DNA of 38,284 bases from Candidatus Aenigmatarchaeota archaeon (GCA_043799675.1 JAZDNN010000028.1:1-38284), one strand, 5' to 3'. Positions 9,482 to 19,909 are shown, counted from the stretch's first letter. Translations and numbers: made by a program. Notes: generated from the sequence alone by a model not told the origin.

Positions 9482-10042
9482 CTATCCGAATAGCTGCCAC
9501 AGCGCTTCCTTGTACTGCCGATACATGGGCAGGTCGTCTATCTGGTCGAAAGCCTTCAATACGGCGTACATGTGCTCCTTTTGCTGTTCCTTGCCGGCAT
9601 TGAAGTATGTCCAGATCCTGTCACCTTCAGTCCTCAAGCCGTCAATCATGTCCCGGGTGTTCGCGAGCTTGTCCGCGCACTTGAGCATTTGCACGTCCCT
9701 GTTGGCGCCTTTCAGCTTGTGCAGTGCCGCTGCCTTGCGTTCCTTCCATGGCAGGCTCTTGTCCTCCTCGGTGACCGCCATCACAAGGTCGGTGACCTGC
9801 CTGCCGAACAGCCTCAATAAATCGTCTTTCGTGACGCCGGTATACTTGCTTTCCTCGACAGTGTCATGCAGCGCGCCGGCGCTCAGGAGGTATTCCTGAG
9901 CCCCGTTCTTTGCCAGTATGGAGTCGACATCCAGCAGGTGGATATAGAACGGCACATTGAATATCTTTCTGGTCTGGCCGCGGTGCATGTCATACATGAA
10001 CAGCAGGGCTTCCTTGAACCTGCCGTTGGCCTGCTTCAGCAT
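9482..10042 (-). CDS. RelA/SpoT-type HD hydrolase (Mesh1/small alarmone hydrolase-like)
   Basis: HRGQTRK...PFYIH, ALHDTVEE, VTEEDKSLPWKERK, KCADKLAN. Confidence 0.9.
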   Translation of the reverse strand: MLKQANGRFKEALLFMYDMHRGQTRKIFNVPFYIHLLDVDSILAKNGAQEYLLSAGALHDTVEESKYTGVTKDDLLRLFGRQVTDLVMAVTEEDKSLPWKERKAAALHKLKGANRDVQMLKCADKLANTRDMIDGLRTEGDRIWTYFNAGKEQQKEHMYAVLKAFDQIDDLPMYRQYKEALWQLFG

Positions 10043-10180
10043 GCAATGCTTGCGGAACAAAATGTTATAAGCTCGACCCGATGCGAACTTCTTTAAATAG
10101 AGAACGGCTATTTCTGCTATGAAGTTTGCTTTTGGATGCAAGTATGCAAACACACTTTCATCATCTTTACGGGGAGGTGG

Positions 10181-11548
10181 ATGAAAGTGAACGGCCTTGA
10201 AAATTATTCTCCCGCGGCGCAGAAGGCATTGAAGGCGGCCAAGGCCGCGGTTTGCGACAGGATACGGGTCAGGAAAGGGGACTCATCCTTTGAAGGCCTG
10301 CTGCTGCCGCGCAGCGAGCTGGGCGACAGGGACAGCATCATTCTCAAGCTGGACAACGGATACAACATCGGAATAAGGGTGGAGAAGGGAACGACAGTGG
10401 AGAAAATAGGGCACGCGAAGCTCAACCAGGAGGAAAAGTTCGAGTTCGGCAGGGAGAAGGTGGAACCGCAGCACTTTGATTCAAACAAGCCGGCGATAGG
10501 CTTCGTGGCCACCGGAGGCACCATAGTCAGCAAGGTCGAATACGCCACGGGCGGAGTGGTAGCCCTTGAATCACCCGTCGAGTTGCTGTCCAACATACCG
10601 GAGCTGAAAAGCTTCTGCAGCATCCCGGAAATCACCATCCCGTACACCAAAATGTCTGAGGACCTGCTCGGTTCCGACTGGCAAAAGCTGGCTGCTGCCG
10701 TCGCCAAGGAAGTGAACAGGACCAACGGAGTGATTGTGACCCACGGTACCGATATGCTCCACTATACCGCTGCCGCACTTTCGTTCATGCTCAAGGACCT
10801 GAAGAGGCCGGTGATAATCACGGGCAGCCAGCGCTCCTCGGACAGGGGCTCAAGCGACGCGTTCATGAACATCTTGTGCTCAGCGAGGGCGGCGCTGGCC
10901 GATTTTGCAGGAGTGTACGTATGCATGCACGCGACGCCCAACGATGATTACTGCCTGCTGATACGGGGGACGAAGGCGAGGAAGATGCATACGAGCAGGA
11001 GGGACGCATTCAGGCCGGTGAACGAAAGGGCGATTGCAAAGATATGGCCGGACGGAAGGGTCGAGATGTTGAACAATAACCATCAAAAACGGTCCGAAGG
11101 AAAGTGCTCAGCGGACACGAAGTTCGAGAGCAAGGTCGGAATCCTGAAGACCTATCCAGGAGCGGACCCGGCATTGCTGGATTGGATGGTCGCCAAGGGA
11201 TACAGGGGGATAGTGATTGAGGCAGGAGCGTTGGGGCATGTGCCGACCGAGAGTGAGAACAGCTGGATACCGTCCATCAAGAAGGCCGTCAAGAAAGGCA
11301 TCCCGGTCGTGGTAGCCTCACAGTGCATTTACGGAAGGGTGAATGCCAACGTGTACAAGCACCTGCGCATCCTTTTCCATGAGGCCGGTGCAATTCCTGC
11401 CGAGGACATGACGGCTGAGACCGCATATGTAAAGCTGTGCTGCGTGCTGGGACATTCAAAAAGGGCGGAGGACGTAAGAACGATGATGGTGCAGAACATG
11501 GCAGGCGAAATCAACGAGCGCCTGACCGAGGAAGAATTCCTGTTGTGA
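10181..11548 (+). CDS. gatD: Glu-tRNA(Gln) amidotransferase subunit D
   Basis: LKLDNGYNIG N-domain, TGGTIVSK, HGTD, GSQRSSDRGSSD, RKMHTSRRDAF; GGAGGTG RBS. Confidence 0.97.
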   Translation: MKVNGLENYSPAAQKALKAAKAAVCDRIRVRKGDSSFEGLLLPRSELGDRDSIILKLDNGYNIGIRVEKGTTVEKIGHAKLNQEEKFEFGREKVEPQHFDSNKPAIGFVATGGTIVSKVEYATGGVVALESPVELLSNIPELKSFCSIPEITIPYTKMSEDLLGSDWQKLAAAVAKEVNRTNGVIVTHGTDMLHYTAAALSFMLKDLKRPVIITGSQRSSDRGSSDAFMNILCSARAALADFAGVYVCMHATPNDDYCLLIRGTKARKMHTSRRDAFRPVNERAIAKIWPDGRVEMLNNNHQKRSEGKCSADTKFESKVGILKTYPGADPALLDWMVAKGYRGIVIEAGALGHVPTESENSWIPSIKKAVKKGIPVVVASQCIYGRVNANVYKHLRILFHEAGAIPAEDMTAETAYVKLCCVLGHSKRAEDVRTMMVQNMAGEINERLTEEEFLL

Positions 11549-11553
11549 TTGAC

Positions 11554-11832
11554 ATGGTTCTGGAAGAATTCGCGAACGTGCTTGGTCCGATAGTGACAGC
11601 AACCGGAAGCATACTTGCTCTCGCCTACTTCCCTCAGGTATACAAGATATGGAAGAAAAAGAGCGTGGAGGACATATCCCTGACGATGTACGGCGTGGCC
11701 TTTCCATGCCTCATATTATGGCTTCTTTACGGGTTGAGCATAAACAACCTTCCTCTCATAGCTTCCAACGCAATCGCGGTGGTGGCGTCAGGCATGATAA
11801 TCGTGCTTTATCTGAAGTACAAGAGGAGGTAA
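11554..11832 (+). CDS. SemiSWEET/PQ-loop transporter
   Basis: YFPQVYKIWKKKSVEDIS, WLLYGLSINNLPLI. Confidence 0.9.
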   Translation: MVLEEFANVLGPIVTATGSILALAYFPQVYKIWKKKSVEDISLTMYGVAFPCLILWLLYGLSINNLPLIASNAIAVVASGMIIVLYLKYKRR

Positions 11833-12281
11833 TGGATATGGAAACATGCAAGTTCTGCGATTGGAAGAAACTGAAGAGCGAGATATTCTATGAAACCCAG
11901 AGTTTCGTGTGCCTGTACAACATACGGCCGGTGTTCCCGGGACATTCCCTGATAATTCCGAAGCGGCACATGGAATCGCTCATGAGCATGAACGAGAGCG
12001 AGATTGAAGAATTACCGTCGGTAATCAAGCTGGTATTTGTTGCGCTCAAGAAAGCCTACAAAGCGGAAGGGTTCAACGTAATGCTGCAGGAGGGTTCGGC
12101 CGGAGGAGCGACCATCAAGCACACGCACTTCCACGTTTTGGCGAGGCACAAGGGCGACATACCGCCGCATACCGAATGGATGGAATACTTCAAACAGCAC
12201 GAGACCGCCCGCAAGAACCTCTCAAAAGAGCAGATGTCAAAGGAAGTCGACAAGATAAAAGGCGCGATAACCAAGATATGA
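11832..12281 (+). CDS. HIT-family nucleotide hydrolase
   Basis: CKFC, PVFPGHSLIIPKRH, HTHFHVL histidine triad. Confidence 0.93.
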   Translation: MDMETCKFCDWKKLKSEIFYETQSFVCLYNIRPVFPGHSLIIPKRHMESLMSMNESEIEELPSVIKLVFVALKKAYKAEGFNVMLQEGSAGGATIKHTHFHVLARHKGDIPPHTEWMEYFKQHETARKNLSKEQMSKEVDKIKGAITKI

Positions 12282-12291
12282 CGTGTTCGCG

Positions 12292-12927
12292 ATGGCTGAA
12301 GTGAAAGTGCTGATTGAGGGATACGTCAGGGAGGAGAACAAGAGGTTCTTCGCCTCCCCCGCCACCGTCCTGATAGTCGACAACGGCGTGAAAGTTCTGG
12401 TCGACCCCGGAGCCAACAAGGAAATGCTGCTGAGTGCGCTCTCCAAGGAAGGGATGAGGCCGCAGGACATCGACATAGTCTTCCTGACCCATTACCACCT
12501 CGACCACTCGCTGAACATCGGGCTGTTCCCTGACAAGGACATCCTCGACGGCGACATGATTTACAGGAAGGACGAGGAGATAGTGTTCTCCCACAGGATA
12601 CCGAACACCAACATAGAAGTGATTCAGACACCAGGCCATGCGCACGAGCACGTTTCCCTGATGGCAAGCACGGACAAGGGAAAGGTGTGCATTGCCGGCG
12701 ACCTGTTCTGGTGGATGGACAAGCACAAGCAAAAGACCGATACCAAGAGCCTGCTGGAGCTGAAGGACCCGTACGAGAAGGACCACGAGAAGCTGGTCGA
12801 GAGCAGGAAGATGATACTCAAACAGGCTGATTGGATAATTCCCGGCCATGGGAAACCCTTCAGGGTTTCCCGGACTGTTCAACCGAAAGTTGAACATCAT
12901 GGCAAGATGTTCAAGGTGAAAGAGTGA
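12292..12927 (+). CDS. MBL-fold metallo-hydrolase
   Basis: VLVDPG, THYHLDH, TPGH, IAGD, IIPGHG. Confidence 0.93.
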   Translation: MAEVKVLIEGYVREENKRFFASPATVLIVDNGVKVLVDPGANKEMLLSALSKEGMRPQDIDIVFLTHYHLDHSLNIGLFPDKDILDGDMIYRKDEEIVFSHRIPNTNIEVIQTPGHAHEHVSLMASTDKGKVCIAGDLFWWMDKHKQKTDTKSLLELKDPYEKDHEKLVESRKMILKQADWIIPGHGKPFRVSRTVQPKVEHHGKMFKVKE

Positions 12928-14381
12928 TACCTACGGATTACGAACAAGTCGGCTTCAAGTGCGGCATAGAGATACACAACCGCCTTGCCACAAAACACAA
13001 GCTGTTCTGCAACTGCAGCCCGCGATTCTCCACTGCAAGGTCCATCGCTACGGTAAAGAGAAACCTAAGGGCGGTCGCAGGCGAACTCGGTACCAAGGAT
13101 GCCACGGCCGTGTTCGAATACCTGCGCAACAGAACGTTCTTTTACGAAAAATATCCGCAAGAGACCTGCCTGGTCGAGGAGGACGAGGAGCCTCCGCACG
13201 AGGTGAACAGGGAGGCGCTCGAGGTGGTGCTGCAGGTCGCAAAGTTCCTCAGGGCGGAGATACCCGACGAGATACAGTTCATGCGCAAGACGGTGGTTGA
13301 CGGCTCCAACACCGCGGGTTTCCAACGGACTGCAATCGTGGGGATGAACGGCAGGCTGGAGACGTCAAAGGGAATTGTCAGGGTCGCGAACATCAGTCTG
13401 GAAGAGGAAAGCGCAGGAATCGTTAGTCATGAAGATGGAAACATCGTATATCGGCTTGATCGACTGGGTATACCGTTGATTGAGATAGGGACCGAAGCCG
13501 ACGTGAAGGACCCGGAGCATGCGAGGGAAGTGGCCGAGAAGCTGGGCATGATTGTCAGGTCAACAGGAAAAAGTCAACGGGGAATCGGAGTAACAAGGCA
13601 GGATCTCAATGTTTCCGTGAGGGGAGGGGCAAGGGTGGAGGTGAAAGGCTTCCAGGAACTGGACATGATTCCGAAGGTGCTGGATGGAGAGGTGCAGAGG
13701 CAGCTCGAGCTGTTGAAAGAAGGAAAACAGGTGGAGGAGGAGACGAGGCAGGCCCAGCCCGATGGGACCACAAAGTTCATGCGGCCGCTGCCCGGCGGGG
13801 AGAGGATGTATCCAGAGACGGACGTTCCGACCATTCCGATTACAAAGGAGATGCTTGCAAAAATCAATATTCCTGAAAATTGGGAACAGAAACTCGAAAG
13901 GCTCAAGCAAAGCCTGCCCGCCGACCTAGCGGAGCAGGTGCTCAAGAGCGAGTATCTGGAACTGTTCGAAAGGCTGTCAAAGAATTACGAACCGATGCTT
14001 GTTGCGACCATGCTGGTTTCCACACTCAAGGATTTGCGGCGGCGCGGAATTGCAGTTGACAAACTTTCAGACAACCATATCGAGGGCGTGATGCAGGCAA
14101 TCAAGATGGGCAAGACCGCGAAGGAATCTGTTCCCAAGCTGCTGGAAGTGCTTGCGGGAAAGCCAAGCCTGACGGCAGGCGAGGCGATAACCGAGCTGGG
14201 GGCGGGCGCGCTGACCGAGCATGAATTGCGGGAGATAGTCAAGAAGACATTCGAGAAGTTCCCGGACCTGGTCAGGGACAACAAGCAGGGTGCATTGATG
14301 GGTGAAGTGATGAAGGCGGTCAGAGGAAGGATTGACGGCGGTACTGTCGCTAAAGTTCTGAAAGAGATGCTGGGTCAATGA
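12924..14381 (+). CDS. gatE: Glu-tRNA(Gln) amidotransferase subunit E (short form)
   Basis: GFKCGIEIH, KLFCNC, MRKTVVDGSNTAGFQRT, LDRLGIPLIEIGT, RQDLNVS, RPLPGGERMYPETD. Confidence 0.96.
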   Translation: MIPTDYEQVGFKCGIEIHNRLATKHKLFCNCSPRFSTARSIATVKRNLRAVAGELGTKDATAVFEYLRNRTFFYEKYPQETCLVEEDEEPPHEVNREALEVVLQVAKFLRAEIPDEIQFMRKTVVDGSNTAGFQRTAIVGMNGRLETSKGIVRVANISLEEESAGIVSHEDGNIVYRLDRLGIPLIEIGTEADVKDPEHAREVAEKLGMIVRSTGKSQRGIGVTRQDLNVSVRGGARVEVKGFQELDMIPKVLDGEVQRQLELLKEGKQVEEETRQAQPDGTTKFMRPLPGGERMYPETDVPTIPITKEMLAKINIPENWEQKLERLKQSLPADLAEQVLKSEYLELFERLSKNYEPMLVATMLVSTLKDLRRRGIAVDKLSDNHIEGVMQAIKMGKTAKESVPKLLEVLAGKPSLTAGEAITELGAGALTEHELREIVKKTFEKFPDLVRDNKQGALMGEVMKAVRGRIDGGTVAKVLKEMLGQ

Positions 14382-14569
14382 AGATTTCGCGTGTCGTCAG
14401 GAACGCATTCTATTCATTATTGCTGGCATGTTTGGCATGGGTGCTTATTTTTGTATGGGTAACTCACGATGTTCTGATTTCTGTTATCATGGCTTTTGCA
14501 GTGTTCGCGATATGTTTTCTCGGATACTCGAAAAAGAAAAAACACGATGAGAGTTCAATGTCCCGTTAA
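14378..14569 (+). CDS. Small 2-TM membrane protein
   Basis: 63 aa, two hydrophobic helices, ATGA overlap with the gatE stop. Confidence 0.65.
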   Translation: MKISRVVRNAFYSLLLACLAWVLIFVWVTHDVLISVIMAFAVFAICFLGYSKKKKHDESSMSR

Positions 14570-14618
14570 GCATCGCACGTCCAGCTCGGTTTAAAAGCCA
14601 TACTGGCAAGCTGGTTCA

Positions 14619-15131
14619 ATGAAAAACAGGTTCGTGGGATTCGTGCTCATAGGGGTCGCCGTCCTGATAGGTTTCATAATATTCTCGTTCAACAGCGCCA
14701 TGACCACCATAGTCGGCACCTCATGCTCGCACGGGCCGAGTTGTCCGATGTGGGGGACGATCGATTTCCAGACCAACGTCAGCATCGCGATAATGGTCCT
14801 TGTGATTGCCGTGGGCTTATACCTCGTGTTTTTCGGCACGGAGGAGAGGATAATAACCAGGTTCAGATTCAGGCCGGCCAAGCAGGTCGAAATGAAAAAA
14901 ATAACAAGAGAGGAATACAAGAGCGTCCTTGAAAAGCTCGATAACGAGGAAAAGGACGTCTTTGAAAGACTCATAGCGGCGCAGGGTTCCATGCTGCAGT
15001 CGGATCTTGTCGGTGACGATACCGGAATGAACAAGGTCAAGGTCACAAGGGTACTTGACAGGCTCGAGGTCAGGGGCCTGGTAGAAAGAAGGCGGCGCGG
15101 GATGACGAACATAGTGGTCCTGAAGCGCTGA
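14619..15131 (+). CDS. Membrane-anchored winged-helix (MarR-like) protein
   Basis: Two TM helices flanking CSHGPSC; C-terminal QSDLV..MNKVKVTRVLDRLEVRGLVERRRRGMTNIV wHTH. Confidence 0.85.
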   Translation: MKNRFVGFVLIGVAVLIGFIIFSFNSAMTTIVGTSCSHGPSCPMWGTIDFQTNVSIAIMVLVIAVGLYLVFFGTEERIITRFRFRPAKQVEMKKITREEYKSVLEKLDNEEKDVFERLIAAQGSMLQSDLVGDDTGMNKVKVTRVLDRLEVRGLVERRRRGMTNIVVLKR

Positions 15132-15179
15132 AACTGGTTTCACACCATACCTAATAAGCTATTTCTGGCGTAGTCCGCC

Positions 15180-16544
15180 ATGGAAAATAAGGAAAACAGA
15201 AAATCCGAGATAAAAACAATCGGCATCAAGGGGATGAGTTGCAAGAGCTGCGTGTCAAAGATCGAGGACGCCCTCAACGAACTCAAGGGCGTTGAAACGG
15301 CAAAAGTGAACTTGCTTGAGGAGCAGGCCGTCGTGGTATTCAATCCGGACATGATAGCCGCCGACAGGATCGAATCGAGAATCAAAGAACTCGGTTACAA
15401 GGTCGATGCGGCAAAACAGGAAGCTCAGGAAGAAGCGGAGGACGACGAGGCTGACGACGGCATAGAAGCAGGTAACAACAATCCTACATTCAGGAAAAGC
15501 TTGGAACCTGACATGGAGAAAAAGAAACCCAGTACGATAATGCAGGGGATAACTTACGGACTCATGCCGCACATAGGTTGCATAGCTTTCATATTGTTCT
15601 CGGTGCTCGGTGTCACTGCCGCAACATCGTTGTTCACGCCGCTGCTGCTGAACCCTTATTTCTTTTACATCCTGATAGCGATGTCGTTCGGTTTTGCCAC
15701 GATATCGATTGCAATATACCTGAAGCGGAACGGGCTGCTGAGCTGGAAGGGAGCATCGCATAAGTGGAAGTACATATCCACCATGTACGGGACCACCATC
15801 GGGGTGAATCTCCTGCTCTTCCTGGTGATATTTCCATATGCCGCCAATGCCGCCACCATACCGTCATCCCAGAACGGGATAACCGGGGCGGCAATCGGCC
15901 TGCAGAGCAATCTGGCATCGATGAAGCTCCAGGTGGAAATACCGTGCTCGGGCCATGCGTTGCTGATCTCGGAGGAACTGAAGAAAATAAGCGGCGTTGC
16001 CGGTGTCCAGTTCAGTTTCCCGAACTATTTCGACGTGAAGTATGACCCGTCCAAGACATCGAAAACGGAGATACTGGCGCTGGAAGTGTTCAAGACGTAT
16101 GCGGCGAAAGTGGTCAGTGAAAGCAACCCCGTTTCCGCGCCTTCAGGTGCGGCAGTCGCCTTGAGCGGATCCTCAGGCGGAAATGTGCAGACGGTCAAAT
16201 TAAGCGTCTCGGGCGGGAATTACGTTTTAGAGCCATCAACGTTCAAGAAAGGCGTTCCGGTCAGATTGGAAGCCGACTTATCCAAGATGCCGGGATGCTC
16301 CAAATCGGTCGTCATATCCGCATTCAATGTGAACAAGTACCTGGCTCCAGGGGACAATGTCATCGAATTCACACCGGACAAGGCAGGGACGTTCAACATC
16401 GCCTGCTCCATGAACATGTACAAGGGCACATTCACGGTCTTGGAACCGGACGGGACCCGCTCAAATTATGCGCAGCCTTCCTCAAGCTCAGGAGGCAGCT
16501 GCGGGGGCGGCAGTGGAGGCGGCTGCGGCGGCTGCGGGGGTTAG
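15180..16544 (+). CDS. Multidomain heavy-metal membrane protein (HMA, TM, HMA-like, cupredoxin, Cys/Gly tail)
   Basis: GMSCKSC, PHIGC in TM region, IPCSGH, EFTPDKAGTFNIACSMNM, CGGGSGGGCGGCGG. Confidence 0.85.
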   Translation: MENKENRKSEIKTIGIKGMSCKSCVSKIEDALNELKGVETAKVNLLEEQAVVVFNPDMIAADRIESRIKELGYKVDAAKQEAQEEAEDDEADDGIEAGNNNPTFRKSLEPDMEKKKPSTIMQGITYGLMPHIGCIAFILFSVLGVTAATSLFTPLLLNPYFFYILIAMSFGFATISIAIYLKRNGLLSWKGASHKWKYISTMYGTTIGVNLLLFLVIFPYAANAATIPSSQNGITGAAIGLQSNLASMKLQVEIPCSGHALLISEELKKISGVAGVQFSFPNYFDVKYDPSKTSKTEILALEVFKTYAAKVVSESNPVSAPSGAAVALSGSSGGNVQTVKLSVSGGNYVLEPSTFKKGVPVRLEADLSKMPGCSKSVVISAFNVNKYLAPGDNVIEFTPDKAGTFNIACSMNMYKGTFTVLEPDGTRSNYAQPSSSSGGSCGGGSGGGCGGCGG

Positions 16545-16551
16545 AATCAAG

Positions 16552-16770
16552 ATGACCAGATTGAAATTTATACGATTGAAATTGAACGGGATGACTTGCG
16601 ACGGCTGCGCAGCCGTCATAGAAAAGGAGCTGGGGGCAAGGAAGGGAATCACAAGCATACATGTTGATTTTAAGAATCGTCTTGCACATATTGAATTTGA
16701 TGGGGACTGTAGCAGTAAATCCGAAATCCGGCAGGAAATAATCAACCTGGGTTACGGTATTGCAGGATGA
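16552..16770 (+). CDS. CopZ-like HMA metallochaperone
   Basis: 72 aa, GMTCDGC, ends ..LGY.. Confidence 0.85.
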   Translation: MTRLKFIRLKLNGMTCDGCAAVIEKELGARKGITSIHVDFKNRLAHIEFDGDCSSKSEIRQEIINLGYGIAG

Positions 16771-16789
16771 TGTACGGGTGAACGATAAG

Positions 16790-18958
16790 ATGGCAAAAAT
16801 AAGCCTTAAGATAACCGGCATGCATTGTGCCAGCTGCGCGGTCAAGATAGAAAATACCCTGAAAAAGACGAAGGGCATAAGCTCGGCGAACGTGAATCTC
16901 GTTACAGAGAACGCGAACGTGGAATTCGATGCCGCAGCAATATCGCAGGACAAGATAATCCAAATAATAACAAAGCTGGGTTACCAGGCGATGCCGGCCG
17001 ATGAGGGCGTGCATGACCATGAGAAGATGATGCGCAAGGCCGAAACGGCAAGGCAGAGGAACCTGCTCTTCCTCAGTGCAGCCCTCTCGGTCCCGACATT
17101 GCTCATCAGCATGTTCGCCATGGACCTGCCCTACCGTTCCTTGATACTTTTCCTTCTTGCGACGCCGGTCCAGTTCGTCGGGGGTTCCCAGTTCTACAGG
17201 GGCATGTTCATTGCTTTGAAAAACCGCACGTCGGACATGAACACACTGATAGCGACAGGAACTTCAGCAGCTTATTTCTATTCGGTCGCAACGGCCTTCT
17301 TCATAAGCGGCGACCTTTACTTCGAAACTTCCGCGCTGCTCATAACGTTCGTGCTTCTGGGCGAGTGGCTCGAGTCAGTCGCGCGCGGAAGGACATCGGG
17401 TGCCATAAAGGCGCTGATGGGCCTGGCGTCAAAGACGGCCCGCATCCTGCGCGGGAAAACGGAAATCAGGGTACCGCTCGAGGACGTCAAGGTCGGAGAC
17501 ATTCTGGTGGTCAGGCCGGGCGAGAAGATGCCCGTGGACGGGGTGGTGCTTTCCGGGTCTTCCTCGGTCGACGAATCGATGATAACGGGCGAATCGGTGC
17601 CGGTGGAGAAGAGGAAAGGGGACAAGGTGATAGGTGCGACTTTGAACAAGTTCGGCACGCTCACCTTCAGGGCCACGGCGGTCGGGAGCGCGACCGCGCT
17701 GAGCCGCATAATAAAGCTGGTCGAGGAGGCGCAGGGCTCCAAGGCGCCCATACAGAGATTCGCGGACGCCGTTTCGGCGCGTTTCGTACCGATAGTGCTG
17801 GTGATATCGCTGGTTGCATTCATTCTTTGGTTCACGTCCGGGCAATCGTTCCAGTTCTCGTTGCTGGCTGCGGTAGCAGTTCTGGTGGTGGCATGCCCGT
17901 GCGCGCTCGGCCTTGCCACGCCTACCGCCCTGATGGTGGGGATGGGAAAGGGCGCGCAGGCGGGGATACTGATAAAGAACGGCGAGGCGCTCGAGACCGC
18001 CTGCAAGATCGATACGGTCGTGTTCGACAAGACGGGCACCTTGACCAGGGGGAAGCCTGCGGTAACCGATGTCCTGCCCGCGAATAATGCCAGGCGGATA
18101 GTATCGCTCGCAGCTTCGCTGGAAAGGGCTTCCGAACATCCGCTTGCCGAGGCCATAGTCGCACGGGCTGAAAAGGAGGGTGCAAGGCTTTCTCCTGTGA
18201 GCGGCTTCAGGGCAGTACCCGGAAAGGGCATTGCGGGCAGGGTCGCAGGTAAAAGCATACTCCTTGGGAACGCGAAACTGATGGCAGGCGATTCGATTCC
18301 CGTAAAAGCCCTCTCGGAAACGGCCGCCAAGCTCGAGTCCGAAGGCAAGACGGTGATGTACCTTGCGGAGGGCAAAAGATTGCTGGGGCTGATTGCGGCC
18401 GCCGACACGTCCACCCATTATGCTCAGCCCGCGATGAAAGAACTGCGTGCGATGGGGATAGAGACCGTGATGATAACCGGAGATAACGCGCGCACGGCAA
18501 AAGCCATGGCCGACCGGCTAGGCATCAAACGAGTGCTGGCCGAGGTGTTACCGGAACAGAAGGCCGCTGAGATAAAGAGGCTGAAGACGTCAGGCAGACG
18601 GGTCGCGGCGGTTGGTGACGGCATAAATGACGCCCCGATGCTGGCTGAAGCTGACATAGGCATCGCGATAGGCAGCGGCACCGATGTGGCGATAGAGACC
18701 GGCGGAATAGTGCTGATAAAGAACGACGTTAGGGATGTTGCCAAAGCCATAAGACTGTCCAAGCGCACGATGGGTAAGATAAAGCAGAACATGTTCTGGG
18801 CGCTGTTTTACAACACGCTGGGGATACCGATAGCCGCCGGTGCTTTGTATTCCGCCTTCGGCCTGTTGCTGAGGCCGGAGATTGCCGCGGCAGCGATGGC
18901 ACTCTCCTCTGTCTCCGTGGTCAGCAATTCATTGACGCTGAAGCGGGGGAAGCTCTGA
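16790..18958 (+). CDS. copA: Cu(I)-translocating P1B-type ATPase
   Basis: [41 protein letters not shown] and MALSS P1B-1 motifs. Confidence 0.96.
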   Translation: MAKISLKITGMHCASCAVKIENTLKKTKGISSANVNLVTENANVEFDAAAISQDKIIQIITKLGYQAMPADEGVHDHEKMMRKAETARQRNLLFLSAALSVPTLLISMFAMDLPYRSLILFLLATPVQFVGGSQFYRGMFIALKNRTSDMNTLIATGTSAAYFYSVATAFFISGDLYFETSALLITFVLLGEWLESVARGRTSGAIKALMGLASKTARILRGKTEIRVPLEDVKVGDILVVRPGEKMPVDGVVLSGSSSVDESMITGESVPVEKRKGDKVIGATLNKFGTLTFRATAVGSATALSRIIKLVEEAQGSKAPIQRFADAVSARFVPIVLVISLVAFILWFTSGQSFQFSLLAAVAVLVVACPCALGLATPTALMVGMGKGAQAGILIKNGEALETACKIDTVVFDKTGTLTRGKPAVTDVLPANNARRIVSLAASLERASEHPLAEAIVARAEKEGARLSPVSGFRAVPGKGIAGRVAGKSILLGNAKLMAGDSIPVKALSETAAKLESEGKTVMYLAEGKRLLGLIAAADTSTHYAQPAMKELRAMGIETVMITGDNARTAKAMADRLGIKRVLAEVLPEQKAAEIKRLKTSGRRVAAVGDGINDAPMLAEADIGIAIGSGTDVAIETGGIVLIKNDVRDVAKAIRLSKRTMGKIKQNMFWALFYNTLGIPIAAGALYSAFGLLLRPEIAAAAMALSSVSVVSNSLTLKRGKL

Positions 18959-19909
18959 TCATTCCAGCACATCGACGCTGTCCAGTATGCCGTCCGAGTC
19001 CGCATCGATGCCTTCGACCACCTTTGCCAGAATTTTCGGGTCCTTCCTGTTGCCTGCGCATAAATCATCAAACTTTGTGAGCAAGGCGAGGACGGCGGCC
19101 TTGGTGCCTGCGCTCCTCCTGCCTGCAAGAACGAGCACCTCTTTGGTCCTGTCGAACGGATTGCGGGTCTTGACGACAATCCCGTGATTTTCCTCGCTGT
19201 AGCTCCTGTGCGAAACATCCGAGTAAATGCTGGAGAACTTGAACGCGCCGTGCTCGACCTGCTTCATGCGGATGGGCAGCTTCTCGTTCAGGCGGGCCAT
19301 TATCATGTTCACGGCCGGTCCTCCAACGACTATCAGGTTACGTTTGAGGTCGCTTTCCCTGATTTCGGTGTCCAGTCGAACGCACTGCTCGGGAATGTAA
19401 TTGAGGAAGCTTCCGAGGAAAAGACCAAGCTCCGCCGCCTCGGTGCCGTCCTTGGCCCGCACCTTGGTGGGGCCGTGCGGCTCGGGGCTTCCCATGATTA
19501 TCAGGGCGTTCAGCTTCCCGTCAATCACGAACGGCTCAAGGAAGCGTTTGTGCTCGCTTTTCAGGGACTGCAGTTTTGCCGATGGTTGGAGGGGTTTGAG
19601 TAGGACGGCAAGGGCGGAGGCGTCGGCAGAGTAGATTTTGGCCATTGCACCCTGCCGGCCTTCGTTGCGGAGCACCCTGATCAGGCCAGCTTTTTCGAGG
19701 TTGCGGATGTGGTAATAGACCTTCTGTTCATGCACCTTCAGCTGCCGGGCCAGGTTCTTGGGATAGTCCGGCTTTTCTGTCAATGCTTGGAGTATTTTCC
19801 AAGCTAGTGGGCTGAGTGCGGTCGCCATTTGTCGGGGTTGCACGAGCTTCGCTGGTGCACTGACAGTCTTGCCGTTTTTCTGTTCAAATATATAGACCAT
19901 GTATACCAT
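18959..19909 (-). CDS. ArsR-like HTH regulator fused to a C-terminal alpha/beta domain
   Basis: PKNLARQLKVHEQKVYYHIRNLEKAGLI HTH; NLIVVGGPAVN and LVLAG...GTKAA motifs as in S-layer-like C-terminal domains; divergent from the glm operon; start 19900-19915 uncertain. Confidence 0.85.
   Translation of the reverse strand: MVYMVYIFEQKNGKTVSAPAKLVQPRQMATALSPLAWKILQALTEKPDYPKNLARQLKVHEQKVYYHIRNLEKAGLIRVLRNEGRQGAMAKIYSADASALAVLLKPLQPSAKLQSLKSEHKRFLEPFVIDGKLNALIIMGSPEPHGPTKVRAKDGTEAAELGLFLGSFLNYIPEQCVRLDTEIRESDLKRNLIVVGGPAVNMIMARLNEKLPIRMKQVEHGAFKFSSIYSDVSHRSYSEENHGIVVKTRNPFDRTKEVLVLAGRRSAGTKAAVLALLTKFDDLCAGNRKDPKILAKVVEGIDADSDGILDSVDVLE

Noticed and set aside
16480..16544. GGC-rich low-complexity repeat
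   Set aside because: Explained by the Gly/Cys-rich protein tail
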